Counted from the whole stretch's first letter, positions 10,771 to 23,690 are shown. The stretch is DNA of 53,470 nucleotides, filler included, from Sphacelaria rigidula (GCA_964200075.2; 4 parts of 4 records of this genome joined end to end with filler, not necessarily neighbours in it); one strand, 5' to 3'. The notes: a model not told the origin generated them from the letters alone. A program made the numbers and translations.

Positions 10771-13224
10771 CCGTACATGCAGGGAATTCGCATTTTTCGA
10801 GTAGATGATGCAGCATGTGCGCATGGTTTCGACTTCGCTGGCGCAGCAACGGCCGGTCTATCTATCTTGTACATTGAAACAGGCAACACAGACAACAGCT
10901 CAACAGTCCAGTATAATCGATAAATACATCCAAATGTGACAATTGTAAAATGCAGGTAAACAAGGTTTACTTCTGTACTGTTATGATGTGTGACTTTTGG
11001 CATCGCGTTTCGTCTGTTTGAACTGTCAACCCGTGCGGTCTTGTCTCATGCATCGTGAGGGTGTGGTTCAAAGTTGCCCCTGGACATACGCGGGGATACA
11101 GCAACTCTCATGGCCACAAGTATGTAGCGCTCGTCAAAAACCACTGCGGGGAAAACATAATAAAAAAGAAAAAGCGTGAAATGTTCCAAAAGAACAAGAC
11201 GGTTGTCTGTCGTCACAGGACCACCAAAACGCGCAAAACCAGAACAACACACACGGGGAGGGAGGTGGAATCGTGCAAGCACCCTTTCTTTTTCCATTAG
11301 ACAAAAAGTTTGCAACAACCGCATACCACAAGCGCAAGGGATGATAGTGTCAGCGGTAGCAGTGCAATAGCGGCAACGGCTAACGCTGGTTAGTCGACAG
11401 TATAACTGTCGTACAACCACTGCCGTCTAGTTCTTCGTCGGGCATGGTACGTGCGGTCGAAATGAACGACACGACGGTGCGGCACTTTTTCGGCGGGAGG
11501 TGCATTATTGTGCACAAACGAACACCGCGGAGCCCGAATTTCTTGACAAGCGCAAGTACGTACAAGGACCAGACAGCACACTAGCCTAGCGGGCTTCGTC
11601 CTAACTATGGTACGGTACGAAGTACGAATGTCCCCACTCGGCTACCCCCATAGGTTTGAGTTTGAGATTCGGCTTCCAGGAGTGCATGGCGTACATGCCC
11701 GTAGATATGCGGCATGTTACAGGACACGCTACTATACACTCCAGTACAGTATGGTACGGTAGGGTAGGGTACGGTAGAACACCCAAATACGCGGACACGC
11801 ATCCCCCCAGACAGCAATCACACACACTCTATCGCCCTCGTAACGGATATCTAGAGACAACGGTGGTTATTAAGACGACCAGACGAAGTATTCCTAGCGC
11901 AGGAAACTGCTCTCCTTGTGTTGGGCGATTCAAACCGACTTTGATGCGCTATTCCGAAGGGGGTGTTGTACAGCGTAGTCGGTACTGTACCTTGTTCGCC
12001 AGGATCATGGAGATGGAAAAGAAGCTCAGCGCCGTACAAGACGCAATGGCATTAGCGACCTCTCCAAGCTTCGGCGCGTCCGCTGCTCCAGTTTGTCTTG
12101 GCCTTGGAAAAGCACTCATGACTCTTTTTTTGTTCGGTATGTGTTGGTAATTTGTGCTGTCAGTAAACTTATGGTGCTTTCGCGTGGCCCCAACACAACC
12201 TGAAAGGTTCGTCCTTCCATTCTGATTTGCTTCGCATTCTCAATTTTGAATTTTGAATTTGTTCTTTGTTGCTCAGACCCGCGGTCGATATAAAATACGT
12301 TCTTTCTATTGTGGTCAACAGTAGTAGTCGTACAGTCACCGTAGACGCACAATTTTTTATCCATGTGGTTCCAAATGATATTGGGCAGGAAATTCTTGCA
12401 TACCACCTTGCGCTTCTGTTCCTGTAATCTCAAACGGTAACCGAGTGTTATTATTTTCGATCTGTGAAAACAACACATTCACAGAGTTGGATGCTGTCGC
12501 TCTTACTTCAGCCATACTAAATGCAACGTTTAGAATAGCACATGTGGTCACTACGTGATACATGTATGTACCTCTAGTAGTAGCCTTACTTCGACCGCCG
12601 TAATGAATCATCGGTCGAATTGCCCGCGGCTTATTTCTCTGCTATTTTGTAGAGAGCAAGTCGCGAACGCCTCTAGAACCGAACCCACAATAAACCCAAT
12701 TTCAAATATTGTATACACTACAAATTGGTCGTACTCTATCGCAGTCCACCGCACGGCCGATACCTGCCGATACAGTCAAGATACAGTATGCAGATCTCGT
12801 CGTAGGGCAGGAGACCACACACGAAGGCGGCGATGAACTCTCTGTTCGATACTGACGAGCCAACGGTCGTATTTTTTTTCGTGGCCAGCCAAGCACCGCG
12901 CATGCTCGATTGCATGGATGCTCTGAAGACACCGACTGAATATGTTATATGTAGCAGCTGCTCATCTGCAGCTTCTTTGCTATCGATAGTACCACCATAT
13001 CACATTTTGTTGCACCGACTGTTCTACAAGCGACCACATGTTCTGTACACTGTACATACTACCCAGACGGCTGCAGTGTTCCTGTATCGTACCACTTGCC
13101 AGCTGTACAGAGCACGACAGGCCCTGTACTGTACGTACTACTAGTGGCTGCAGTCCGCTGTGCCACTTGTACAAACTGCATAGCAAACAAGAGGTAACAG
13201 TGTTTTCGTGAGATTGAGGTAGGA

Positions 13225-13295
13225 GCCGGTCGCCCCGGTGGCTCAGTTGGTAACCTCGTAACCTTCTGATGGTTGAGTTGGGGGGTTCGATTCCC
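13225..13295 (+). mobile_element. SINE family 1 tRNA-like head, cut by the contig end
   Basis: GCCGGTCGCCCCGGTGGCTCAGTTGG...GGTTCGATTCCC, homologous to the head at 40541. Confidence 0.75.
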
Positions 13296-13395
13296 NNNNN
13301 NNNNNNNNNNNNNNNNNNNNNNNNNNNNNNNNNNNNNNNTTAATTAATTAANNNNNNNNNNNNNNNNNNNNNNNNNNNNNNNNNNNNNNNNNNNN
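13296..13395. other. Artificial contig spacer (N44-TTAATTAATTAA-N44)
   Basis: 100-nt N run with a central all-frame stop linker; identical to the other two spacers. Confidence 0.97.
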
Positions 13396-13424
13396 TCGGG
13401 CCGAACAATCTTAGCAGGGTGGAG

Positions 13425-13610
13425 CTCACCCTTCACGCGACTCGCCGAACACACCACAGCACTTCACGCTTGGTGATTAAGTGCGAGCCTGGTCCGGCGG
13501 AAACCCTACGTGCTCCGTCCCGGCTTTGTAGGGACGCGAGGTCCATGGTCATGACTATTGTATGCATGATCATGAGTACACCCCTCCCCAGGCCCCCGCC
13601 CCCGCCCCCA
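13425..13610 (+). repeat. Dispersed repeat family A copy, in the first intron of the plastid-targeted gene
   Basis: Alignable to 1200-1380. Confidence 0.8.
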
Positions 13611-13626
13611 TTCCGAGTCGACTCAC

Positions 13627-13871
13627 GTTTTTTGGATGCGGCTCTTCCTCCGAGCGGCCGCACTGGCGGTAGAGCTACCAGTAGCGGCATCTGAAGCGCC
13701 CATCCCCCGTCCCACGTGAGAGTGATTTCTCCTGAAGCGTGCTCCGCTTGCCTTCCCCCCCTTCACATATCCACCCAGGGGCCCAACGAACGCCTGCCCC
13801 CGTCTACCGAGAAGGGTCGCAAACACCGCTACTCCTACCGTCACATAGAGCGCTTGTGGGCATGGCCTCAT
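13627..13871 (-). CDS. First exon of a probable plastid-targeted protein (rest of gene lies beyond the contig end)
   Basis: MRPCPQALYVTVGVAVFATLLGRRGQA|FVGP: hydrophobic signal peptide, an A-F cleavage motif of the ASAFAP type, then an S/A/R/G-rich transit-like stretch. Ends at a perfect GTGAGT donor (13626-13621). Confidence 0.65.
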
Positions 13872-14596
13872 ACTGCTTGCTGCTGCTGCTATTGGTACCT
13901 CTGGTTAGCCTAGATGACCCCAGGTTTCTTGATTGTCCCGACACTGTGGGGTAGTTGTTGCCTTCCGACTAGGCTGGCCTGAGGAATATGTACCTAGAGG
14001 GGCCGTGGGGGGGGGGAGGGGGGGGACGTATTTTATTTTTTCGAGGTTTATTTGATCAGAGAACAAGAATGACACATTTTGAGAAAAGGGGGGCGCCGCT
14101 TGGTCAAAGCAAGAGTGACCACCCGCAGGCTATCGGCTAGGGATCCTGCTCACCCCAAAACCAGTGACAGCTATGTTCCCCGGTGTCTGGCGATTCTGTT
14201 TCTCTAGACTTGGAGTGAAACGAACTGATTGCTAAACTTTATTTATACATCTAAATATTTGCATATGTCGTAAATTTGTTATAATAGCTGTTGGCGTCAG
14301 TTTTTGTAATTTAAGGGAACTCTAGGCTTACAGGTAAAGCTCTGAAGACACGTCGTTTGAGCCCCCCCCCGAAGCGTACGTTTGTCCATATGGCGGCAGA
14401 CTCGTGCCTTTTACAATGTGCGATACTGAAGACTACTGCAACAGTGATGCATGACTTGAACATGCTGAAATGATGTGCCACAGTGTACAACGGCACAGCA
14501 CACTAAACATCGCAGTACAAACAGTTGCAATATTCTGGGTTGGTCGCCGGGCTAAAGTGGATATTTGCCCACGTTTTGTTGAAAGCGACACTATTT

Positions 14597-14734
14597 CACA
14601 CCCTGGACAATAGGTTATATTGCCAAAAAATGTACTGCGCACAGAATGGAATCTATTGTCTATTGCAATAGGCGTAATACTCGATACTCTACGCTATACA
14701 TTTTTTGGCAATGGAATCTTTTGTCCAGGGTGTG
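14597..14734. mobile_element. 138-bp palindromic MITE, sister subfamily
   Basis: CACACCCTGGACAA...TTGTCCAGGGTGTG; flanks CACTATTT and CATTACTT match at 6 of 8 positions. Confidence 0.8.
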
Positions 14735-15042
14735 CATTACTTACTACTTGTAACTCTACCAATCAGGGATGCTCCATGAGGCTCCAAAATCGGTCTGGTA
14801 CGGTCTTTGATACTGCGGGGAAGTATATCGATATTATCACTTTGAATCGTGTACTTGTTTCAAATACCATATCAGATTCCTTCATAGTAGGCGCCAAAAA
14901 AGGCCTGGTATGACAGACGATACGGCGGTACATCCATACGTCAAAATAGCAATACCCGCCGATACCTAATGGGCATTTCTAGCAACAATGCATCGTTTGT
15001 ACTGTATGATACTACTACAGTGTAAATACGGAACGATACTAC

Positions 15043-15392
15043 TGTGTGCTGTCATCCCCTCTATTCTAGACGCCGGTCTACACCTTCCGGTATGTGTGGG
15101 CGCACCAGCCGGCGTCACACAGGAGGCAGGCCACCACAGGAGTGTTTTCTCCCTCGCTTGTTTTAGTACCCCACCTACCTTCTGCGGTGCTTGCCTTTGT
15201 TTTTTATCGCGAGAGGGGTTCAGCACTCCCCTTCCCTCGTCGACCGTTGAGTCGAACTTTGCGTACCCACGACATAGTCGCTCTCCACCGTTGGGCATTG
15301 TGTGAGAAAAAATCCCAGATCTCTGCGAGATTCGAACTTACGACCCAACCAGGAGAAGATGTCGAGGATACCAACAGAGCCACCGGGGCGGC
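15043..15392 (-). mobile_element. tRNA-derived SINE family 1
   Basis: Reverse complement of 40541-40900, including the A/B-box head. Confidence 0.85.
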
Positions 15393-15459
15393 AAACTACC
15401 TTAGACGGCACTGTACTACACTAGTTGAGCCAGCCTAGGGGCGGATTTGAAGTTTGCAA

Positions 15460-15746
15460 GCCCATTTGTCGGCCAATATTTAGAGTTGGACACTAAAACT
15501 TGGTGTGGATAATGAATGGGGCATAATAATTGATAAAAAAACGCATGGACCCAATTTTTGTTTTTCTTCTTGATGACTTGACGGCATTTTACTGATATCT
15601 GAAAACTGATTTTTGCCTTCAACTCTTGAAATATATATATATATATATATATATTCGAGTCCACGCGTACGTCTTCTTAACATGGCTTATTCATTGTCCG
15701 TACGAAATGTTAGGGTTCAACTCTAAATATTGGCCGGCGAATGGGC
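15460..15746. mobile_element. MITE-like element with ~37-bp inverted repeats and an internal (TA)n tract
   Basis: GCCCATTTGTCGGCCAATATTTAGAGTTG (15460-15496) is inverted at 15710-15746. Confidence 0.6.
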
Positions 15747-16977
15747 CGTTGAAAAACCAGGCCGATTAAAATTCGGAACAATATTTTGCAGGGCCATTTG
15801 CCGGCTCGCGTTTTGTGGTTGTTACGCTTGGGTACTGAACCAGTACGTACGGCCGGTCTATAGGAATTGGCCAGTTCCCAAGAACTGGCAAACGGGCACG
15901 CAGTACCGCCAGTACATACACAACTTAGGTACATCGCACAAAACGCCTAAAACAACGGCGGAAACCCATCCAAATTACGTCGCCACGCCGCCTCAAAGGA
16001 GAGAACACACACCACACAAAGCATACAGCAGGGGACCATTATAACGATGCAAAAGTTGATCAAGTCTGGCAGTCCGTCGGTAGCAGGCCCTGGCGGTGGT
16101 GGTACCGCGGGGCCTGCTGCGTCAGTAGATGCGGTGTTGATACACGTTTAGGGCTGCTGTATCTTTCGTTTTGTTTTTTGTTTGAGAGGCTATCGTATGA
16201 TCAATAATGGAGGGTGCTTACGCCTTGTGCCGTCAAGGGCTTCCATACACCTGCTCTCTTCATTTTTCATTCGGAAGTCCGAAGTACTCTGTACTTGTTC
16301 AGACTTCACATACACCATACACTCCAATTGCAACAATTCGTGTGTAAGCTGCAAGCCGTACCATGATGATGGAGTTGATAAGCACCGCAACATTTGTGGT
16401 ACATTTATTATTTTCTATTTCAACATTTTCCTTGAGTTGAATACGATGAATTTGGGCGTTGTACTAGACATTGTCTTCCGAAATAGTGCCTCTTAGTTTG
16501 GTCAATAGCCACCCGTTCTGAGGCTCTGGTGAAGCCAAATCGCGCAAAAAAGCGCCTCCCGAGGGACCCTCCGGGAGCGCTCTCTGACGCCCCCCCCCCC
16601 TCACCAGCCGGAGGGGGCGCTGGTCGCGGCTTTGGCGCGCCACCATTATACTGGTCGGATCAGTATACTGGGTGCTGTCGCAGCCAGTATACCGGATCCT
16701 GACTGGCTGCGCCAGTACCCAACCCCAGTGTTTGTGCATTGAAATTATATGTCGGAGTTCGCTAGGGCGGTTAAGCATGGTAGCGACCATTTGTTTCCGA
16801 TAACGCCCGAACCTCTCCGTTCCCTCCCCCCAAATCATTGAAGAGTCATTTATATTATTTTATTGTGCGGCATAATTCCGTGGTTCTCCATGCTAATTTT
16901 CAACTCACAATTCTAACAATTGAGCTAGAAAATGAGAAAAAGCCCAAGAGCAATGTTTATTTCTGCCCAAAAAGTTC

Positions 16978-17147
16978 CACACCTTGGACAATATGTGGTC
17001 AATATTTGCAATAGACAAGAAACATACAGCAGAAAGTACAGGCCTATTGCGACTATTGTCGGCCGGCAATAGTTGCAATAGTCCTTTACTTCATGCAGTA
17101 CACTTCTCGTCTGTCGCATCTATTGGCCATATTTTGTGCAGGGTGTG
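16978..17147. mobile_element. 170-bp palindromic MITE, same family, diverged
   Basis: CACACCTTGGACAATATGTGGTCAAT...GGGTGTG; same length as the 9094 copy. Confidence 0.8.
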
Positions 17148-17559
17148 ACACTTTCCCACTCGTAACCAAACGATTTTTTTTTTCTTTTCTTCAAACTATT
17201 ACGCACTAGCGGTTCTCCATACTAAATCTTACAACACAACTCTCGAAAACAGAGACACGATATCCAGATGTAGAGATTTAGTGCATCTAGCGCCTCTGCT
17301 CGCATGATATTGATTTTAATATCGAACCCTATGTGCGCAATATCTCGAGACAGATAACGAACTTGGTGAAGGTGTGGATATATATTGTCTTCCCGTTCTC
17401 CGCGGAATGTCCACACCAAAAATCGTCATCCGCTGAACGTATCGTTCGGCGTTTTATACAAATGTTAGTATGGACGCTTTCTCCGTACGGTATTGGAATT
17501 GCTAGATATACGGTTCAATCAACGAGAAAATATTGACCCAGACTTTTGGGCAGATAGGC

Positions 17560-20500
17560 ACCGTCCCCTTGATTAGACGGTCAAGACGATATGAGGATCA
17601 CGGTCCAATTCGTCTGTATTGATGAGATATTGCTTTTAGAGCTCAAACCCGTTTGTAGGCCAGCCCAGCTCGTGCCGTATCCAATATTCTTGAATCGCCG
17701 TCTGACAGACATACGCCATCGTCCCAACATGTTGTACCATAGATCTGGCGTAAATCTAGTTTGCCTGGCAAGCCTGACATCATCAGCTCTCACTTGCATA
17801 GGGTATCCGACCACATGCAACCAACACATGTTGCAGACGCCGCACAACACAACACTCCTGCGCTGCACTGGCTGTACTATCTGTTCAGGAAGCAAACAGT
17901 TTTCCCATTGAACCAGTGAGAGCGTTCCCTGATTCGATTGGTAAACTGTTCGCTTCCTGAACAAAAGATATGCTGTGTGGTCCGTCCCGGCGTGACACAT
18001 CAGTGACCGCCAGAGTCTCTTGCCCCTCGCAAGCCTCACTGTTCACATGTCAAATCCCTTCCTTCCACAATCGATCATGCCGGGACGGACCATACAACAT
18101 ATCTTTTGTTCAGGAAGCGAACAGTTTACCCATTGGACCTGTAAGCGCTCACTGGTTTGGCGAGTAAACTGTTCGCTTCCTGAACACTGTCTATACTACT
18201 GTGTACAGTGTACAGTACATACAGGAAAGTATGTCCCGCGCAAAATCCATGACAGGTTCAAACGCCAAACGATATTTATTTGTCGCACTTTAGTATGACG
18301 TTGATCCAGTCACAGACCAGTCGCGTGAAAAGCACTTCGCGATATGTGTACCGATATCTCGTCAGTACTTGTCATGTGGATTTGCGTACATGGACACAAG
18401 TTAGACACTATTGCCTCAAATTGGCTGAAAGCCACATCTACTCGCGGTGTATAAATCGATGCCCAACCCGGGAAAAAGTTGTGGTGCTGTTCGTGCGTGC
18501 AGCAGATTCATGAGCGCGCACGATGATTGGTTATCGCAATAGAGATCAGACATGATTTCGGCTTCAACCGATTTTGAAAAGCAGACAGAACAGACGAGCC
18601 CAAGTACTGCCGTACCATATATCCAATTGCCCTCAGAAGCAGCACCATTGCACAGCACGGGCCTACACGAATATCGTCTACGCTGTGGGTAATCTGCGCA
18701 CAGGCAAAAATAACATGCACACAGGAGCTGTACAGTAGCTGCAGAGCCAGCGGCTAATGTGCTGCGCGCCGTTGTTGTCTTCACTCTCTGTACGAACGGA
18801 CCACTGTTGTCTTGTCTCTACGCGACATGCGCGTGGATCGCACCTGTTGCATGTGTTGAGACTCGCACATGAACATCGCTCGCGCACTCTGAGTGCACAC
18901 TGCACTGCATATTAAGCTATAATCCCAAACGCAACGCTACGTACCTTGTGGCTGCGGTAAAGACAACTCTTCTTCGTCAACATACAAGTGTTCCTTCCGC
19001 GCAGCCTGTGTTGAGCACTACTTCTTCACACTTCGATGGACGCCTCCGTGTATGTGGGACATTTGTCAGAAAACGACCAGTTCGTAGACGGCAAGTTTGG
19101 AGAATGATAATGTGCAAGTGGTAAGCGGTACCTTGAGCCGCATGCATTGACCAGCCGACTGGTTGCACTTTACGGACTTCAATCATGGCGCTATCTATGT
19201 CCGCCTCTCGCCAAGGAATGTTGGTGCGCAAGATTGCATGTGTTACCTCTCAGTCGGCACAGAGAAATGGCGCCCGGTCGTTGCGTACAGCCGCTGCTTG
19301 CACCAGGTACAGTCATCTACCGTATATGGCAGGGTTCTGTTTGTTTATCAAAGTGACGGAGTTTAACACCCCCTAGTAATGAGTTGTTCGGCGTCAACTT
19401 CCTTGAGAAGTGCGACTAAAGTACAAATGAAAGATCCCCTTCAGTCGAAATTTACGAATTATATCGTTCAACGGATAAAAGCTATACCGAACTCGCTGCC
19501 GTGTTTTCTGATGAACCGAGTTTGCAAAACTGGTGATCCTCGGGATGTAATTGCCCGTCATCCTCTTATTTCAGTACGCTGGTGGCACAGGTATTACACC
19601 GTCGTACCTTGGGCTGCAAGGACAACGGGCTTGACCGTTTTGTAAAACTGAGGCTACTGTAGGTCGGCAAGGGCAGTTAGTTGGACCACCTAAGCACTGG
19701 GTATGCCTTTCGGAGTGCATAGGCCAAGCTTCGTCTGCATTCGTCCTCCGAAGCGTGAGGTGATGGGTTGTACTATTGATACAGTTGTGTGTTCTGTTGT
19801 ACTGACTGTACCGTAGTATGCTGTGTACTGTACTCTTCAGCCGTTACAGTCATACAGACACTGAATTTTGTCGCACTCCCGTCGGTACTCTCAGTTCAGT
19901 TGCACTTGCTGCACTGACTCTCGAAGTAGCCCTCGGCCAATCCCAACGAGTGTTCCGCTGTACGTGTAAATGGTAAAGTGCACGTGGTGGCCGCAGCAAG
20001 CCAGGTCGCATTTTCTGGCCAAATACAGCATCACACACAAGAGCAACCCCCCACCCCTCACCCCCCTCTCCGCCGACATGTTGGTACAGTCTTGCCGCAG
20101 GTTGATCATTACCTGGCTATCGCGATGTTTTCTCTTCAATACCCGGCCGAGGGCGGGGTGTTTCACGCCTTCTATTCGCCTTTGTTTACACAGTCCCTGT
20201 GTACTACAGGACGCGTTTCTTCCCCATGTGTGTCGTCGTTCCCAGCACCATCAATCGAAGACATGCCTCAAATCATCAACCCTACAAGATATACTACTCT
20301 CACCTTCTCATCTTATCGTATGTCGTCACAACGGTAATATAATGTTCAATTATCATGTGGTGGAATGTCGCACTAGCACCCATCGGAAACCCCTTCGCCT
20401 CCGTGGACTTGCGCTGCCGTCGAATAACGCCAAGATATAGTCCGAAACTTCGACAATAAATGATATGAGCCGAACACACATCGAGTTAATCCCCGTTTGA

Positions 20501-20700
20501 ACCTTGATACTGAAACGGTGAGTACTTCGAAGCTTGTTCCACAGAATTCGACGATGGTCAAAGTGCCAATCCAATCCGCGGTCCTGTACGAGCTGGGCCA
20601 GCAGTAAATCCCGCATTCGCTTTCCACACCACATCAGCGCAACTTGAGCATATCGCTGTGAAGTGCAGACCAACTTGGCAGCACGCGGCACCGCCGCTGA
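17560..20700 (-). pseudogene. Possible highly decayed IS630/Tc1-type transposase
   Basis: Scattered minus-strand motif echoes in the expected order: DDCTWCKQRLYATTGRHFSVPT (HTH-like), CADYPQRRRYS, and RSVVLCGVC..LH...RFTPDLWYN (compare the generic RSVVVMDN..IH...PYSPDLNPIE). Many stops and frameshifts. Confidence 0.3.
17882..18186. mobile_element. 305-bp TG..CA element with ~80-bp terminal direct repeats, each self-complementary at its ends
   Basis: Repeats at 17882-17963 and 18107-18186; an additional ~33-bp internal inverted repeat; flanks CTATC and CTGTC. Confidence 0.75.
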
Positions 20701-20740
20701 AAGAAGAAAAAAAAATGTACTGCATAATGTATGACCTTAA

Positions 20741-20838
20741 CCCTTAGACCACGAGATTAGTCTTTCTGGATCATGCACACTGTTTTTCACTTAAAATTGA
20801 TGCCGATTCAACAGAAGACTAACCTCGCGGTCTAAGGG
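20741..20838. mobile_element. 98-bp piggyBac-type MITE
   Basis: TTAA|CCCTTAGACCACGAGATTAGTCTT ... AAGACTAACCTCGCGGTCTAAGGG|TTGA. Confidence 0.75.
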
Positions 20839-21133
20839 TTGAGGACGGACGGAAAAAAAGAGAGAATATGTCGTGATTTGAACTCATGACCTCCATGATT
20901 GGAGTCTCCTGTATCACTTCAAGTAAAGAGGCGCGGCCGTGTCACACGAAAAGTGCGATGCGGCGCCCAATTTGAAGTATCTTTGGCCGAAACTTTACCA
21001 GAATCTCGTTGACGCGAGTGTCCGTAAGTGTTGAAGCGTCGTGGTCGTTTTTTTCATTTTTTAACCAAGTTATAGCATTTCCCCTGTCTTGCTGAAACTT
21101 CAACTCGCTCTAACTTCCCATTTATAGTAGTCA

Positions 21134-21798
21134 GACCGGCTCTAATGGAAGCCGTTCAGATTTTAGGTTTCAAAATTTTACAACAGGTGGTCACGAAACC
21201 GACCATCATAGAACAAAATCGTCAAGATGCGAAAGTTTGGCCAAGCGTTCAGAATTGGGGGACGATTCTGAACGCTTGAGCACCTGTTCAGAAGTTGGCA
21301 CAATAAGTAAAATGGGACATGTCATGTTTTGTTGTACAGCAGCGCACGCAGACGGCTCTCTCATGTGGCACCTGTCACTGCACAATCGTGTATTTAAACC
21401 TTGCCAAACCTGTCTGGTCTCTGCTGGATCACCTGAGCTGCTGTACTACCATTGAAATCCGAACAACTGCAGTTGGCAGGTAGTGCAGTCTCGTCGAAGT
21501 TGGAAATGCGATGCTGTTGACACGAAGCTATACAAGTTACGTGGCTATTCGTGGGCGCACAGCTGGCGTCCATCGCCAGCAGTAGCCACGCGTGAGACAC
21601 ACTCGACATGCACAGCTCCCACAGAGAGATGCGCACAGCTATATTTTCCAGCACTTCGCCGAATGAGCAAGCATGGGCCCATCGGCGGGTAGTATGGAGT
21701 AGCGCTTTCCAGCACGGTGGCTGTCACGCGCAAGGTGCGTGGGCGTTGTCGCACGATCGAAACGCGGACCGTCTTTCGCACGAGGAAGAGCAGCAACC

Positions 21799-21829
<31 letters not shown>

Positions 21830-22844
21830 TGACACCGGCTGATTTAGACCCACCCCCAGCCGTACACATCTACCGGTAGTAAAGATGCTGCTGGTGCTGG
21901 TGCTGTTCACGCTTTTACTCCTTTTCGTGTTGTAGACGCGGTTAGTGTTTCGACCCGTGACAATGTCCACCACCCGGCGCGTTATTGTCTGCCTACTTCG
22001 AATCAGTTGTGGTTGTCACCCCCTCTGCATTTTCAGTACGTATCACTTGTTTTTCGTGTAGTGAACGCTGGCTTTATTCATATCACCAGCGATAACAACG
22101 CGTGTGAGACGCAATCAACGTGCACAGCTCCCACAGAGAGATTCGCACAGCTATTTCTCCCCACACGTAGCCGAGTGAGCAAGCATGGACCCATCGGCGC
22201 GTAGTACGGACTAGCGCTTTCCAGCACGGCGGCTATCACGCGCAAGGTGCGTGGGCGTTGTCGCACCATCAAAACGCGGACCGTTTCTCGCCCGAGGAAG
22301 AGCAGCAGCAGCAGTATCGACACCGGCTGATTCAAACCCACCCACAGCCGTATATACCCACTGGTGGTAAAGCTGCTGCTGCTGCTATTGCTTTTTCTCC
22401 TTCTCGAGCGGGAGGCCGTCCGCACTTCGACCGGCGACAATTTCCGCACACCCTTGCGCGTGACTGCCGCCCTGCCTCAAGTCGCTGGTCTATTCGTGTG
22501 CTGTTACCGTCATCACATCACTCGTCTTTCCCCCTACATTGGAACGGCGTGTGATTTCTCGTGAACATGAATTTGTGAACTGTCACTTCACCATCACTAT
22601 ACATCACGAAATGATTCTCACTTTCCTTGTTTCCTCAAAATGCCGCCTTATGATATATATTTTCTTGGGGTGCTGTTGTATTGGTGCACACCTCTTAGGT
22701 CAGGCCAACTTTAATATCCATGTACAACTCCAAATTTATGCTACAATAGTGCGTATTTTGGTACCGGTTCAGAATCGTGGCCGAAAAAAACGCGTTTGAA
22801 ATTCTCGATTTTTTTTTTTTCAACGGCTTCCATTAGAGTTGGCC
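21134..22844. mobile_element. 1.7-kb PIF/Harbinger-type non-autonomous element
   Basis: 23-bp TIRs (20/23 match) G(A/G)CC..CTCTAATGGAAGCCGTT, with TCA on both sides (21131-21133, 22845-22847). Internal direct duplication at ~21590-21990 and ~22100-22500 includes a (CAG)n tract. Confidence 0.7.
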
Positions 22845-22984
22845 TCAGCATCAGAAGTTTTCAGAATTCGTAGTTGTTGTAATCCTGGGTACTGTTCTTC
22901 ATTACTACTTGAAATAGCTAGCGCTGGTAGATTGAGGGGGAGAGCGTAGGCCGCGCTCAAACTGCAGGACCCATGTTGGTCTTT

Positions 22985-23690
22985 CTGGGGCGATACGGAC
23001 TAGATACCCCATTTATCAGAAGGGTGTTACTGACCGTTTTTGGTCCAATTAAAACAGTTTTTCGGCTCTTCCGCAACGAAAGAGTAAATATTCAGATAAA
23101 AGAATACGTATACAACTCTTCACGACAACGATCGAGATCGTGTTTCCCTCCTATACTGCACAGACCTCAGTCTAGCATTTTCTGCGGTTGGCCTCTTTTC
23201 GTTTTTTTTTCGCACAACATTTCTCATGAGCACTCGAAAGTGCTAGCGTCGATAGTGTTGGCAAAATAAGCAGACCTTGCTCAAATCACAATGCCCAAGT
23301 TGGTGTGGTGGGGGTGATACGGAGTAAAGACCCCGTTTATCAGGAGGGTGTTACTGATCGTGAATGGTCCAAGAAACATAGTTTTCCGGCCGTAGCGCAG
23401 TGAATAAGCGGAATTCCGAAAAAACAATCCTCTTTCAATCTTCACTTATATGATCAGGATCGAATCGGTGCACCGAAAATACCGAAAAGCTAGAGCCTGG
23501 GGTTGCACTTTCGCAGGACCCCCGAAGATCGGTCAAGCCTGTAAGTCACTCAATATTGATCGCAGATACTTTTTATTTCAATATTTGTCAACAGGATAAA
23601 ATATGTCCAGATGCCCATTATTTGGCATCCAACTGTCACTGTGATGAGCGGTGGCAAGCGGAACAAATTTGGAAAATCTTTGGGAAACTA
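22985..23690 (+). repeat. Two diverged copies of a module also found inside the 41482-42027 element
   Basis: ACCCC.TTTATCAG.AGGGTGTTACTGA at ~23005 and ~23330; GCAGGACCCCCGA..TAAGTCACTC at ~23513-23551 and ~41824-41861. Confidence 0.65.

Noticed and set aside
11650..12620. Protein-like ORFs in this interval (also 28290-28790 and 48300-49700)
   Set aside because: They may be decayed TE or gene fragments, but no family motif or consistent splice structure could be recognised by eye.
13225..13295. tRNA gene candidate
   Set aside because: It has A and B boxes but matches the SINE family 1 head seen at 40541 and 15392, and lacks a convincing cloverleaf.
13340..13351. TTAATTAATTAA as a biological motif (also inside the other two gaps)
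   Set aside because: It is embedded in N runs, so it is an assembly linker.
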